Of a stretch of DNA of 64,000 nt, positions 30,668 to 39,522 are shown one piece after another. The number at the start of each line of letters is the position of its first letter. The first letter of the stretch is position 1. The position numbers and the translations under genes are program-made. Source of the DNA: a virus. Lineage: Duplodnaviria; Heunggongvirae; Uroviricota; Caudoviricetes. The stretch covers positions 1 through 64,000 of the IMG/VR virus record IMGVR_UViG_3300027721_000009; one strand, 5' to 3'. The notes under the pieces are model-generated. The model did not search any database. It was not told where the DNA came from and worked only from the letters and a program-made list of their open reading frames with translations.

Positions 30668-30859
30668 ATGAATGGCTTCAAATTGATCTTAGTGCTTGCG
30701 CTGATTGCGTTCGCCCTGATTCTCGGTCCCGCCCTGTTCATTTGGGGTATCAACGAACTGCTAGAGCAGGCAAAAGTCGCCTATCAGATTCCGTGGAACT
30801 TCTGGACATGGCTCGCAGCACTCTTCGTAATGCCGAAGTCTGCGGGTTACAAGAGCTAA
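30668..30859 (+). CDS. small membrane protein
   Basis: Two hydrophobic segments. Confidence 0.4.
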   Translation: MNGFKLILVLALIAFALILGPALFIWGINELLEQAKVAYQIPWNFWTWLAALFVMPKSAGYKS

Positions 30860-30863
30860 GATC

Positions 30864-31109
30864 ATGGCACTAAAACGCCATAGCGAAATGACGCGGATTC
30901 ATACCATCGACCTACATGGTCCGGAAGGTAATGCGTTTGTCCTGCTAGGCTATGCGAACCGTTTGGGACGCGAGCAGGGTATGGACACTGCGAAAATCCA
31001 CAAGGAAATGACAAGCGGTGATTACACCAATCTGGTGAGAGTGTTCGTTCGCGAATTCGCTCACTGTTGCGATATCATCGTCCCTGATGAACTGGCGGAT
31101 GATCTATAA
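30864..31109 (+). CDS. hypothetical protein
   Basis: 81-aa ORF. Confidence 0.4.
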   Translation: MALKRHSEMTRIHTIDLHGPEGNAFVLLGYANRLGREQGMDTAKIHKEMTSGDYTNLVRVFVREFAHCCDIIVPDELADDL

Positions 31110-31297
31110 TGCTAACAGACAAAGAAATTGAAGAGTATGGTGTGATTCGGTTCTTCTCGGACTATGGGAAGCATCAGGTCACTATTGAGTTGCGCGGCGA
31201 TGCTGATATCTATCAGGTTCGCGACGGACTGAGAGGCTTCCTCTTGGCTACCGGATTCGCAAAGAGCAACGTTGACGAAATTCTAGAGGATGAATGA
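31109..31297 (+). CDS. hypothetical protein
   Basis: 62-aa ORF. Confidence 0.4.
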   Translation: MLTDKEIEEYGVIRFFSDYGKHQVTIELRGDADIYQVRDGLRGFLLATGFAKSNVDEILEDE

Positions 31298-31455
31298 TGA
31301 AACGAATTGATTGGTTATTGCTTGGATCGTGGGCAGCATACGTGGCTTTTGTTGGTCCGTGGCTTATCTCCGCTCCAAGTTGGATTGCGGTTGGACTAGG
31401 CTTCGGTCTTCTGGTCGCACTTGTGGTTTTCACGGCTAAGAGGTTTTACGAATGA
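31294..31455 (+). CDS. small two-TM membrane protein (not in the ORF track, under 60 aa)
   Basis: MMKRIDWLLLGSWAAYVAFVGPWLISAPSWIAVGLGFGLLVALVVF; ATGA overlaps on both sides. Confidence 0.35.
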   Translation: MMKRIDWLLLGSWAAYVAFVGPWLISAPSWIAVGLGFGLLVALVVFTAKRFYE

Positions 31456-32342
31456 ACAAGTTTGGTAAGGTTGCAGTTGCGGTTGCGGTGGCATTGTCAC
31501 TCGTAGGCTGCACAAAGGTTCCTGCCGGTAACGTCGGCGTGAAGGTCTATCTTCTCGGCAACTCCAAGGGTGTTGACGTTGAAGAACTGTCGCCGGGACG
31601 TTACTGGATTGGTTGGAACGAAGAACTCCACCTGTTCCCGACGTTCGCGCAGAACTATACGTGGACTCGCGAATGGATTGACGAGAACGGCGACGGCAAG
31701 GCGCAGCAGGACGAACTCGCTGACGAATCCATTTCGTTCCAGACGAAGGAAGGTCTTGTTGTCTCGGCTGACGTAGGTATCTCCTACAACGTTGACCCGA
31801 CAAAGGTTTCGGTTCTCTTCTCCAAGTACCGCAAGGGTATCGAAGAAATCACCGACCTCTACCTTCGCAACATGGTGAAGGATGCGCTCGTAACGTCCGC
31901 ATCGACTCGTTCGATTGAAATGGTCTACGGTGTCGGTAAGGCTGAGTTGCTTGCCGAAGTCGAAAAGACCGTTCGCGAACAGGTCGCACCTTTCGGCATT
32001 CAGGTCGAACGACTGTATTGGGCGGGTGAGTTCCGTCTGCCGCAGACTGTCGTTGCGTCCATCAACGCGAAGATTGAAGCTACGCAGAAGGCGCAGCAGC
32101 GCGAGAACGAAGTCGCGCAGGCAAAGGCAGAAGCCGACAAGTTGGTTGAAACTGCGCGTGGTGAAGCGGATAGCCGTCTAATCAACGCAAAGGCAGAAGC
32201 CGAGTCGATTCGCATCAAGGGTGAAGCCCTCGCTGAGAATCCGAAGCTTGTCGAACTGTCAGCCATCGAAAAGTGGAACGGCGTGCTTCCGACCATCACT
32301 GGCGGCGCAGTGCCATTCGTGAACGTTACTCCGAAGCAGTAA
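31452..32342 (+). CDS. SPFH/Band-7 (prohibitin/HflK-like) lipoprotein
   Basis: Signal peptide with lipobox LVGC, then an SPFH core and an Ala/Glu-rich coiled-coil C-terminus. Confidence 0.65.
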   Translation: MNKFGKVAVAVAVALSLVGCTKVPAGNVGVKVYLLGNSKGVDVEELSPGRYWIGWNEELHLFPTFAQNYTWTREWIDENGDGKAQQDELADESISFQTKEGLVVSADVGISYNVDPTKVSVLFSKYRKGIEEITDLYLRNMVKDALVTSASTRSIEMVYGVGKAELLAEVEKTVREQVAPFGIQVERLYWAGEFRLPQTVVASINAKIEATQKAQQRENEVAQAKAEADKLVETARGEADSRLINAKAEAESIRIKGEALAENPKLVELSAIEKWNGVLPTITGGAVPFVNVTPKQ

Positions 32343-32343
32343 C

Positions 32344-32517
32344 ATGAGCGATTTTACGGTCATGACTCCGGAACAGGAAGAGCGTTCTAAGAAATTAGAA
32401 CTCTTCTACCGGCAGATTCGGGAACTCGCACGTAGCTCTAATCTCAATCAGTATCCACTGGTATACGAAGCCCTGTCGGGCGTGGATCCTAAGTGGAACG
32501 AGGGACGTTCAAATTAG
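32344..32517 (+). CDS. hypothetical small protein
   Basis: 57-aa ORF. Confidence 0.35.
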   Translation: MSDFTVMTPEQEERSKKLELFYRQIRELARSSNLNQYPLVYEALSGVDPKWNEGRSN

Positions 32518-32519
32518 AC

Positions 32520-32548
32520 TTGACATGTGATCAATTAGTCTGTATAAT
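32520..32548 (+). promoter_or_regulatory. perfect-consensus sigma70 promoter TTGACA-N17-TATAAT
   Basis: Read directly from the sequence. Preceded by AAATTAGAC, which also precedes the promoter at 41868. Confidence 0.6.
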
Positions 32549-32554
32549 AGTAGA

Positions 32555-32930
32555 CTAATGGGATGATTACAGCAAACCAATATTAAAGTACCGTCGCGGC
32601 ATGGATCAAAAGGGTTCGCCCTCAGATCCCCTAAAGTGCCGCACACAGAAGTCCACTGAAAATACGACTGGCTCCTGACAAGATTCGGGATAAGGTTTGG
32701 AAGGATGCCGTAAAACTTCTTCATCCCGACTTTGATTATGAATATGAGACTTCTTTCAGCAATCCAAATCCATCATAAAGGAAAAGCGAAGTCTGTTTAG
32801 ATTTGAGAATCGGTTCAGCAAACCAAGATCACAGGAGAAATCCTGTACCATAGTAGCCGTCACACGGTATCGTTATAGGGTTAACGCAAAACCTCACGAT
32901 TCTGTTTGTAATAGGTAGGAAAGGAATAGT
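32555..32930 (+). ncRNA. candidate structured non-coding RNA or long leader downstream of the consensus promoter
   Basis: No plausible + ORF for about 380 nt. Nested hairpin GGAUC-AAAA-GGG-UUCG-CCC-UCA-GAUCC. Motif CAGCAAACCAA at 32570 and 32815. Confidence 0.35.
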
Positions 32931-32933
32931 AAA

Positions 32934-34358
32934 ATGAACGCAACACGTAAGAACGCATTTGTAGCCGCAGCACTTTCGGTGCCGGTAGAGGCTCGTACCG
33001 ACAACGGTATGAAGGCTCAGAAGTCCACCATGTCCGCAATCGTAGACCTGTTCTACATCGTCGGTTCTTCGCGTGGCAAGAATCTCTCGCGCCAGTTCGA
33101 AACTGCCATGCAGCAGGATGAAGACCTTGCGCTCCGTATCGCATTGTGGGCGCGTGACGCTCGCGGTGGTGCGGGTGAGCGTGAGGTATTCAAGTTCCTC
33201 TTGACGCACCTTGAGTTGTCGCGTCCAGACTTCCTCTTAAATTCGAAGTTCTTGGCAAAGGTGCCGGAACTCGGACGTTGGGACGACTTGCTCGTTCTTT
33301 CGGAGCCTCGCGCAAAGGCGAAGGCATTCGACTTGATCAAATCTGCGCTTGAGTCTGGCAACGGACTATGCGCAAAGTGGATGCCACGTAAGGGCAAGGT
33401 TGCTCGCGAACTTCGCGAACACTTCGGCATGTCGCCAAAGGCATACCGCAAGACTCTTGTTGGCTTGTCCAACACGGTCGAGCAGAAGCTTTGTGCGCGT
33501 GAGTTCGACCAAATCAACTACTCGCACGTTCCTTCGCTCGCAATGTCGCGCTACATGAAGGCGTTCTCTAAGAATGACGCAGAGCGTTTCGTTGCATACC
33601 GTGAGTCCTTGAAGAAGGGCGAAACGAAGATCAACGCGAAGGGTGTATTCCCTTATGACGTAATCAAGGCTCTCCGCGCAGGCGGCGACCGTGACGTATG
33701 TAACGCGCAGTGGGACGCACTGCCTGACTACATGGACGACACCAACGTTCTGCCTCTGGTAGACGTTTCGGGATCCATGCACTGTCCGGTTGGTGGCAAC
33801 CCTAACTTGCAGTGCATCGACGTTGCACTTTCGCTCGGACTCTACACTTCGGGACGTAACAAGGGTGTGTTCAAGGACATGTTCCTTACGTTCTCCGCAG
33901 ATCCGGAACTGTTGAAGGTTACGGGTACGCTCTCGCAGCGTATGGATCAGATGAACCAGTCTGAGTGGGGTATGAACACCAATCTGCACAAGGCATTCAC
34001 AAGAATCCTTGACGTTGCAGTGAAGGGTAACGTTCCGCAGGCAGACATGCCATCGGTTCTGTTGATCATGTCGGACATGCAGTTTGACCAGTGCGCTCGC
34101 TTCGATGACTCTGCTATGCAGATGATCGAACGCAAGTACGCTGCGGCAGGCTACAAGGTTCCTGTCATCGTGTTCTGGAACATCAGTGCCGGTGGTAAGG
34201 ATAACGCGCCAGTGTCCTTCGACAAGAAGGGTGTGGCTCTCGTTTCCGGATGCTCGCCTGCAATCATGAAGGCTGTCCTCGCGGCAGACTTCGATGACCT
34301 CTCGCCTGAGACAATCGTGCGGGATGCGGTAAGTATTCCTCGCTATGACTATCGTTGA
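32934..34358 (+). CDS. vWA-domain protein with MIDAS motif; N-terminal helical domain possibly TROVE/Ro60-like (DUF2828-type)
   Basis: C-terminal DVSGSM...T...SDMQF MIDAS arrangement. N-terminal ~270 aa helical with ARDARGGAGER. The TROVE assignment is a hypothesis. Confidence 0.5.
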   Translation: MNATRKNAFVAAALSVPVEARTDNGMKAQKSTMSAIVDLFYIVGSSRGKNLSRQFETAMQQDEDLALRIALWARDARGGAGEREVFKFLLTHLELSRPDFLLNSKFLAKVPELGRWDDLLVLSEPRAKAKAFDLIKSALESGNGLCAKWMPRKGKVARELREHFGMSPKAYRKTLVGLSNTVEQKLCAREFDQINYSHVPSLAMSRYMKAFSKNDAERFVAYRESLKKGETKINAKGVFPYDVIKALRAGGDRDVCNAQWDALPDYMDDTNVLPLVDVSGSMHCPVGGNPNLQCIDVALSLGLYTSGRNKGVFKDMFLTFSADPELLKVTGTLSQRMDQMNQSEWGMNTNLHKAFTRILDVAVKGNVPQADMPSVLLIMSDMQFDQCARFDDSAMQMIERKYAAAGYKVPVIVFWNISAGGKDNAPVSFDKKGVALVSGCSPAIMKAVLAADFDDLSPETIVRDAVSIPRYDYR

Positions 34359-34455
34359 TTTCCTCCTCGGTGGTGCCGTCTTCGCCCTAGTAGTTGTAAT
34401 GGCTATTAGGGTGGAGCGGCGTTACCTAGCCTCTAAACGTCCCCGAGACTAAATA

Positions 34456-34484
34456 TTGCGTTGCAGCAAGAAAGGTGCTATAAT
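34456..34484 (+). promoter_or_regulatory. sigma70-like promoter TTGCGT-N17-TATAAT
   Basis: Read from the sequence. Overlaps the ATG of the listed small ORF, so either the ORF or the promoter is not functional as annotated. Confidence 0.4.
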
Positions 34485-34761
34485 GGACAAAGGGAAGCGT
34501 CAGAAAAGACTAATCCAAAAGGTCCGGAATATAACCAAATGGTTGAAACGGGAACGAGTAAAGGCAAAAGAGGCAGGCGTAAGGTTCACAGTCGAGAATG
34601 AGAAAGATGCACACATTGAAGCGAATCACGGTAAACGTTGTTCTTGCGATATGTGCTGTAATCCACGCCATTCAAGATTCCATAAGGGAACAGGACGCTT
34701 GACTCTCCAAGAGAGGAAAGCAAATGAGAAGGCTAATGACGAGTTTGATGAACAAGGTTGA
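34483..34761 (+). CDS. doubtful small basic Cys-containing ORF
   Basis: Lys/Arg-rich. Its start codon lies inside the -10 element. Confidence 0.25.
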   Translation: MDKGKRQKRLIQKVRNITKWLKRERVKAKEAGVRFTVENEKDAHIEANHGKRCSCDMCCNPRHSRFHKGTGRLTLQERKANEKANDEFDEQG

Positions 34762-34905
34762 TTACGAAGCAGCAACGGTGTTTGCATTGGTAGCGTGTGT
34801 CGCTACTTTCGCAGCAGTGTGGCTACACGCATTCAGCCATTTCGGACAATAAAGGGAAACGTGAGAAGGGTGGAAGCAGTCACCATATTGACTGCATGTT
34901 AGAGG

Positions 34906-35835
34906 ATGAAGATTATGAAGTTGAAAGTAATGTTGATGGTCGCGATGCTTGCCCTTTCGGGTACGGCATTTGCTGTCCAACCGGTAAATCCCGGTAATAG
35001 TGGTGGTGAAGGTAACAACACCAACTGTCAGGGAACGGGCAACCCGAATTCACCTTGCGTGCCTACGCCTCGCGACCCTCGCGACGGTGGTAATGGCGGC
35101 AACGGTGGAAACGGTGGTAATGGCGGCAACGGCGGCGCGGGTGGTGATGCCACTGCGGTTGGCGTTGGTGTCGGCATCGGCGTAGGCATTGCGAATGCCG
35201 AAGCGAGCGCGGCAGCACTTGCCTCCGCATCGAATCGCACAGAAGTTGATGTGCGCAATACCAACACGAACCTGAACAGTCAGCTACAGGGTCAGGTACA
35301 GGGTCAGTCGCAGACTAACAATGCGTCGGTTGGCAACGTAACGTCGGGTGACGTAACTTCGACAAACACCAATAACAACACCGCAACCGGTGGTCAGGGT
35401 GGAAGTGCGGTCGCAGCAGCAACCGTTGAATCGGGTGCCGTGTCGGTTGCCGAAGGTGCGGTTCAGAGCAATCTGAATTACACGTACAAGGAAGTGCGTC
35501 AGGCTCCTGCGATTGGTCAGGGTAGCTTCGCCATCAGTGGTTGTAGCGTTGCCGGTAATGCCGGTGCGTCTAGCCCCGGTGGAGCAGGCTTCCTAGGCTT
35601 TGGTTTCACACCTTCGCAGTGCTATGACTTCATGTTGGCACAGGCTTACCAGTCAATCGGTGAGAAGAAGGCAGTGTGCGATATCTTGAAGAACAGCAAG
35701 GCAGGCAAGCGTCAGGCGAAGCGTGGTATCACGTTGCCTGAATGTCTGCCGGAAGTTCAGGAAGTCAAGACTGTCGTAGTCGAAGTCCCGAAGACTGTCT
35801 ACGTGGAAGTCCCTCCTGCCAAGATCAGCGAATAA
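34906..35835 (+). CDS. secreted low-complexity Gly/Asn/Gln-rich repeat protein
   Basis: Signal peptide MKIMKLKVMLMVAMLALSGTAFA. (GGN)n run. Cys pairs near the C-terminus. Confidence 0.55.
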   Translation: MKIMKLKVMLMVAMLALSGTAFAVQPVNPGNSGGEGNNTNCQGTGNPNSPCVPTPRDPRDGGNGGNGGNGGNGGNGGAGGDATAVGVGVGIGVGIANAEASAAALASASNRTEVDVRNTNTNLNSQLQGQVQGQSQTNNASVGNVTSGDVTSTNTNNNTATGGQGGSAVAAATVESGAVSVAEGAVQSNLNYTYKEVRQAPAIGQGSFAISGCSVAGNAGASSPGGAGFLGFGFTPSQCYDFMLAQAYQSIGEKKAVCDILKNSKAGKRQAKRGITLPECLPEVQEVKTVVVEVPKTVYVEVPPAKISE

Positions 35836-35860
35836 CTCTCGCTAACTCTTAGGAGTATGG

Positions 35861-35900
35861 AGCCTCTGTCGGCATAACAACTGGCAGAGGCTCTTTTCAT
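35861..35900 (+). terminator. rho-independent terminator
   Basis: AGCCUCUG...CAGAGGCU stem followed by CUUUUCAUU. Confidence 0.55.
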
Positions 35901-35901
35901 T

Positions 35902-36252
35902 ATGGTACTAATCAATCTCACTCTCGCGGTTATCTGCTTCGGCAGTAACATGGAATGCCATCCGATTCTCTATGGTGACAAAACACCACAGGGCGAATTC
36001 AGCATGGTAGTCCGTGTCACTCCCCAAGTTGGTTACGGTGGTGACGTAATTCAGTTCCACGCGGACGAAAAGCAAATCTACGCGATTCATCGTCTGTGGA
36101 CTCGCTCGCCACAACAGCAACGCGAACAACGTATATCATCCCCTGATATATCTCGCCGGAAGATTTCAGCCGGTTGTATCAACGTCATGCCAGAAGTCTA
36201 TGAGCAGTTGAAAGCATGTTGCTTGAACGAACCATTGAAGGTCATACAATGA
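35902..36252 (+). CDS. small L,D-transpeptidase (YkuD)-like protein
   Basis: HRLW...SAGCINV resembles the YkuD H...SxGC(I/V)R catalytic motif. Confidence 0.35.
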   Translation: MVLINLTLAVICFGSNMECHPILYGDKTPQGEFSMVVRVTPQVGYGGDVIQFHADEKQIYAIHRLWTRSPQQQREQRISSPDISRRKISAGCINVMPEVYEQLKACCLNEPLKVIQ

Positions 36253-36620
36253 ACAGACTAGAAGAACTACTCACCATCCTTTCCGAAGAATGTGCCGAAG
36301 TCTCGCAAGTGGCATCCAAGTGCGTGCGCTTCGGATTGGAATCTGAATATAATGATCGCACTAATCGTGATCGTCTTGAATGGGAGATTGGTGACTTCAT
36401 GGCAATGGTGCGATTGCTCACCGAAGAGTATAATCTCAATATGGACAACATCATTGCCGCAGCCGACGCGAAGCTTGTCAAGGTTGAGAAGTTCATGCGC
36501 AACAAAAAGGGATTGAGCGCACCGGAACTCGCGGCAGCATTCTCGCAGCGCACCCTGCCGCCACTGGCACCCATCGAAAAGCCGCACAGACGCGGAAAAC
36601 CCCGGTCAAATAAGCGGTAA
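36249..36620 (+). CDS. mazG: MazG-like nucleoside triphosphate pyrophosphohydrolase
   Basis: LSEECAEV...LEWEIGDFMAMVRLL all-alpha NTP-PPase motifs. Confidence 0.55.
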   Translation: MNRLEELLTILSEECAEVSQVASKCVRFGLESEYNDRTNRDRLEWEIGDFMAMVRLLTEEYNLNMDNIIAAADAKLVKVEKFMRNKKGLSAPELAAAFSQRTLPPLAPIEKPHRRGKPRSNKR

Positions 36621-36722
36621 TTCGTAAGTCCTTGATTCCTAAAGAGTTTCTCTTATTGCTTAGTTCTTAGTCTTCCTGTAGACTTATCTTATAGGTTGAT
36701 GATTTCAAGCAAGGACTAACAG
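36613..36722 (+). repeat. intergenic repeat element, copy 2 (CGTAAGTCCTTGATTC at 36623-36638) with a weak promoter TTGCTT-N17-TAGACT at 36656-36684
   Basis: Sequence comparison with the other copies. Confidence 0.5.
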
Positions 36723-37601
36723 ATGCCGCGTGGCGTACCGAAAGCGGGTTTCCGCATGACAAAGAATCGAAAGGCTCGCAAGGGTGGCAAAGTCACCAAT
36801 TCCGTGACCTTCGACAATGCGGCAATGTATCGCGAGCCTGAGATTCAGGAAACCGAAGACCAGATTCGGAACAAGCTTGATGAACGCTTTTCGGCAATGA
36901 CCATGATGGTCGAGTCAGCCATCAAGGGTGACGTTCGCGCCATCATTTTCTCCGGTCCTGCCGGTGTCGGCAAGTCGCATGAAGTGCACGCTGCACTGGA
37001 CCGACTCAAGCCGTATCACACGATCATTCACGGTTTCGTTCGCCCGACCGGTCTGTACCGTACCCTGTACGAATACCGTCAGCCGGGTTCGGTTGTCGTC
37101 CTTGACGATGCCGACTCAATCTTTGGCGACGACATTTCGCTGAACATCCTCAAGGTCGCGTGCGACACTACGCGCAAGCGTGAGATTTCTTGGCTCTCCG
37201 AGATTCGCATGGAAGATGAAGGTGGCGACAAGCTCCCGCGTTCCTACGAATTCGAAGGCACGATCATCTTCATTACGAATCAGGACTTCGACTACCTGAT
37301 CGAAAAGGGCAACAAGCTTGCGCCGCATATGTCGGCTCTTGTTTCCCGGTCCATGTACCTCGACATGAAAATGCATTCGAAGCGCGACTACATCGTGCGC
37401 ATCAAGCAAGTTCTCGAAAAGGGCATGTTGAAGGATTACGGTCTTTCGAAGCAGGATGAAACGGAAATCATGGACTTCATTACGAAGTATCAGGATACCA
37501 TCCGCGAACTCTCGCTGCGCATGGTGGTCAAGCTTGCGAACCTCAAGAAGTCGCGTCCGACTAAGTGGTATTCGCTCGCTAAGGTCTTCTGCGTCAAGTA
37601 A
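36723..37601 (+). CDS. AAA-type P-loop ATPase
   Basis: Walker A FSGPAGVGKSH, Walker B VVVLDDAD. Confidence 0.6.
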   Translation: MPRGVPKAGFRMTKNRKARKGGKVTNSVTFDNAAMYREPEIQETEDQIRNKLDERFSAMTMMVESAIKGDVRAIIFSGPAGVGKSHEVHAALDRLKPYHTIIHGFVRPTGLYRTLYEYRQPGSVVVLDDADSIFGDDISLNILKVACDTTRKREISWLSEIRMEDEGGDKLPRSYEFEGTIIFITNQDFDYLIEKGNKLAPHMSALVSRSMYLDMKMHSKRDYIVRIKQVLEKGMLKDYGLSKQDETEIMDFITKYQDTIRELSLRMVVKLANLKKSRPTKWYSLAKVFCVK

Positions 37602-37613
37602 CAGGATAAGACA

Positions 37614-37865
37614 ATGGCTCGTCATTTTCTCAAGGAAGCACTTCTGCCGGAAGGCGTAAAGGTAGTGCGTCTTACATTCACTCCGCACCCATACTTCCAA
37701 CCGGAATTCGTTGAGGAAGTTATCAACGAACTCTCCGCGAAGGAATTTCTGGTGCGCGGCGGTCTGGATGAATTCACCGCAGTAGACAGACTGGCGTTCC
37801 GCTTGCTCTACGAATCGGGTGTCATGGCAGGAACGCTACCGGAACTCAAAAAGGAAGGCGTGTAA
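37614..37865 (+). CDS. hypothetical protein
   Basis: 83-aa ORF. Confidence 0.4.
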   Translation: MARHFLKEALLPEGVKVVRLTFTPHPYFQPEFVEEVINELSAKEFLVRGGLDEFTAVDRLAFRLLYESGVMAGTLPELKKEGV

Positions 37866-38080
37866 TGTCATTCCAGTCCATAGAAATCATTGATGCGGAC
37901 ACGATGGTTTCCATCATTCGCGGTCCCATGATCGCAATCCCGCGCAATAGCGAACAGGTTGTGCTGCGCGACATGCACTACACCGTGACACAGGTTGTCT
38001 ACGATTTTCAGGAAGTCAAGCGACTCGGCATCAAGGCAAAGGCTGAACTCGCGATTCGCGTTTACGTCAAGAGGAACTAA
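37865..38080 (+). CDS. hypothetical protein
   Basis: 71-aa ORF. Confidence 0.4.
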   Translation: MSFQSIEIIDADTMVSIIRGPMIAIPRNSEQVVLRDMHYTVTQVVYDFQEVKRLGIKAKAELAIRVYVKRN

Positions 38081-38083
38081 TAC

Positions 38084-38230
38084 ATGTTCACACTCATTGC
38101 AACTCTTCTCTTTTTCTTGCTCACTCTCATGTGGCGCAGTGGTGATCCTCTCAATCTGTTCATCAAGTTCGGACTCGGACTGATGACGGGTTGGGGCGGC
38201 TATATCATCTACACAACCGGAGCAATCTAA
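38084..38230 (+). CDS. small membrane protein (about 48 aa, not in the ORF track)
   Basis: MFTLIATLLFFLLTLMW... Confidence 0.3.
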   Translation: MFTLIATLLFFLLTLMWRSGDPLNLFIKFGLGLMTGWGGYIIYTTGAI

Positions 38231-38409
38231 TGGATGACGTTGGCGACATTCTCATGGCGGTTGGTGGTGTCATGTTGGTTCTCGGATTCGGTGGACTCTG
38301 CCTCCTAGGAATCTGGATGGCATTCTCAATCTCACTTCCACTAGGGCTGATCACACTAGCCATCTGTGGATTCGGAATCGGTGTCATCGGTTCCATGCTC
38401 ACACGTTAA
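38230..38409 (+). CDS. small two-TM membrane protein
   Basis: True start is the ATG at 38230 within the listed ORF. Confidence 0.4.
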   Translation: MDDVGDILMAVGGVMLVLGFGGLCLLGIWMAFSISLPLGLITLAICGFGIGVIGSMLTR

Positions 38410-38421
38410 CGGAGAATTTCA

Positions 38422-39102
38422 ATGGGTACTCGTTCACTCACGTACATTTGGGAAGACAAGGCTGAAAAGCCGTTCCTGTGCATGTATCGGCAGTTCGATG
38501 GATACAAGGAAGGTCACGGCAAGGAACTCGCTGAATTCCTCGCGCCTATCACAATGATCAACGGCATCGGTGGACAGAAAGCCGGTGAAGCTGCGAATGG
38601 CATGGGTTGCCTCGCTGCGCAGTTGGTCACGCATTTCAAGGGACCGCACGGCATCGGCGGCTTCTATCTGCACGCTCCGGATCTTCCGCAGGATGCAGGA
38701 CAGGAATACGAATATCACGTTGCGCCGAATCGCGTGACGGTATACGAGATTCACTTCGAAGCACCGAATGACTGTATCTTTGTCGGTACGTGGAAGGCAT
38801 TCGCAGAATGGGCAGGCGCGGAAGTTGTCGCTGCCAAGGTCGCAGTCGAAGATGAACGCACGCTGCCGGAACTTTTCAAAGCCGGTGAGACTGTGCACGT
38901 TCGCTTCCGCAAGGCAGACGGCACGATCCGCGACATGCGCTGCACAAAGAACTTTGACCGCATTCCGGAAGACATGCATCCCGGCGCGAGCGGTCGCATC
39001 GGTCGCAACGATCCGCATCTGTTCAAGGTCTATGACCTCGACAAGCAGGACTGGCGTTCCTTCCGTGATAACACGGTCATTTCATTCGGAGTATCATCAT
39101 GA
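38422..39102 (+). CDS. hypothetical protein
   Basis: 226-aa ORF. Confidence 0.5.
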   Translation: MGTRSLTYIWEDKAEKPFLCMYRQFDGYKEGHGKELAEFLAPITMINGIGGQKAGEAANGMGCLAAQLVTHFKGPHGIGGFYLHAPDLPQDAGQEYEYHVAPNRVTVYEIHFEAPNDCIFVGTWKAFAEWAGAEVVAAKVAVEDERTLPELFKAGETVHVRFRKADGTIRDMRCTKNFDRIPEDMHPGASGRIGRNDPHLFKVYDLDKQDWRSFRDNTVISFGVSS

Positions 39103-39263
39103 CCGCACGACTTCTTAAGTACGCACTGTACGGACTGTTGGGGTTCGAACTGTCACAGGTGGGCGCGGGATTGGATAACCCTCTGTGGTTCTTCGCAATC
39201 CTGATCACCGTGCTGATCATCGAACAACTCGGCATCATTCAGGCAACCTCGCGGAGATTCTAA
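39099..39263 (+). CDS. small membrane protein (about 54 aa)
   Basis: MTARLLKYALYGLLGF... Confidence 0.3.
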   Translation: MTARLLKYALYGLLGFELSQVGAGLDNPLWFFAILITVLIIEQLGIIQATSRRF

Positions 39264-39264
39264 T

Positions 39265-39522
39265 ATGGAACCGTATGAAAAGAAAATTCACCGGCTCAAG
39301 ATTGTCATTCATACAAAGAGTGGCAAGGTCTTCGAATCAATGGTCATGGAATTGGATGAAGACGCTGCGGGTAGATGGGCAGGACTACTGCGTGCCGGTA
39401 TCGAAGAACTCTCGACACTCTACATTCCACAGGTTCACGCATTGGGTTGGACTCAGCACGCCTACTTCAATCCGACAAACATCGAAGCGGTCGAACTGAT
39501 TCAGGTTCCGGAGAATATCTAA
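39265..39522 (+). CDS. hypothetical protein
   Basis: 85-aa ORF. Confidence 0.4.
   Translation: MEPYEKKIHRLKIVIHTKSGKVFESMVMELDEDAAGRWAGLLRAGIEELSTLYIPQVHALGWTQHAYFNPTNIEAVELIQVPENI

Noticed and set aside
33366-33989. Minus-strand 207-aa ORF inside the vWA gene
   Set aside because: Antisense to a gene with a clear MIDAS domain; no independent support.
34456-34761. Promoter plus small basic ORF as a transcription unit
   Set aside because: The ORF's ATG lies within the -10 hexamer, so a transcript from this promoter cannot include it. The ORF is probably spurious or translated from an upstream transcript.
35090-35140. Short tandem GGNGGNGGN nucleotide repeats
   Set aside because: They encode the Gly-Asn repeats of the secreted protein. 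Not a CRISPR array; no spacers.
36656-36684. Strong promoter call in repeat copy 2
   Set aside because: Only a weak -10 (TAGACT) is available and copy 2 is truncated relative to the other copies. Kept at low confidence inside the repeat feature.
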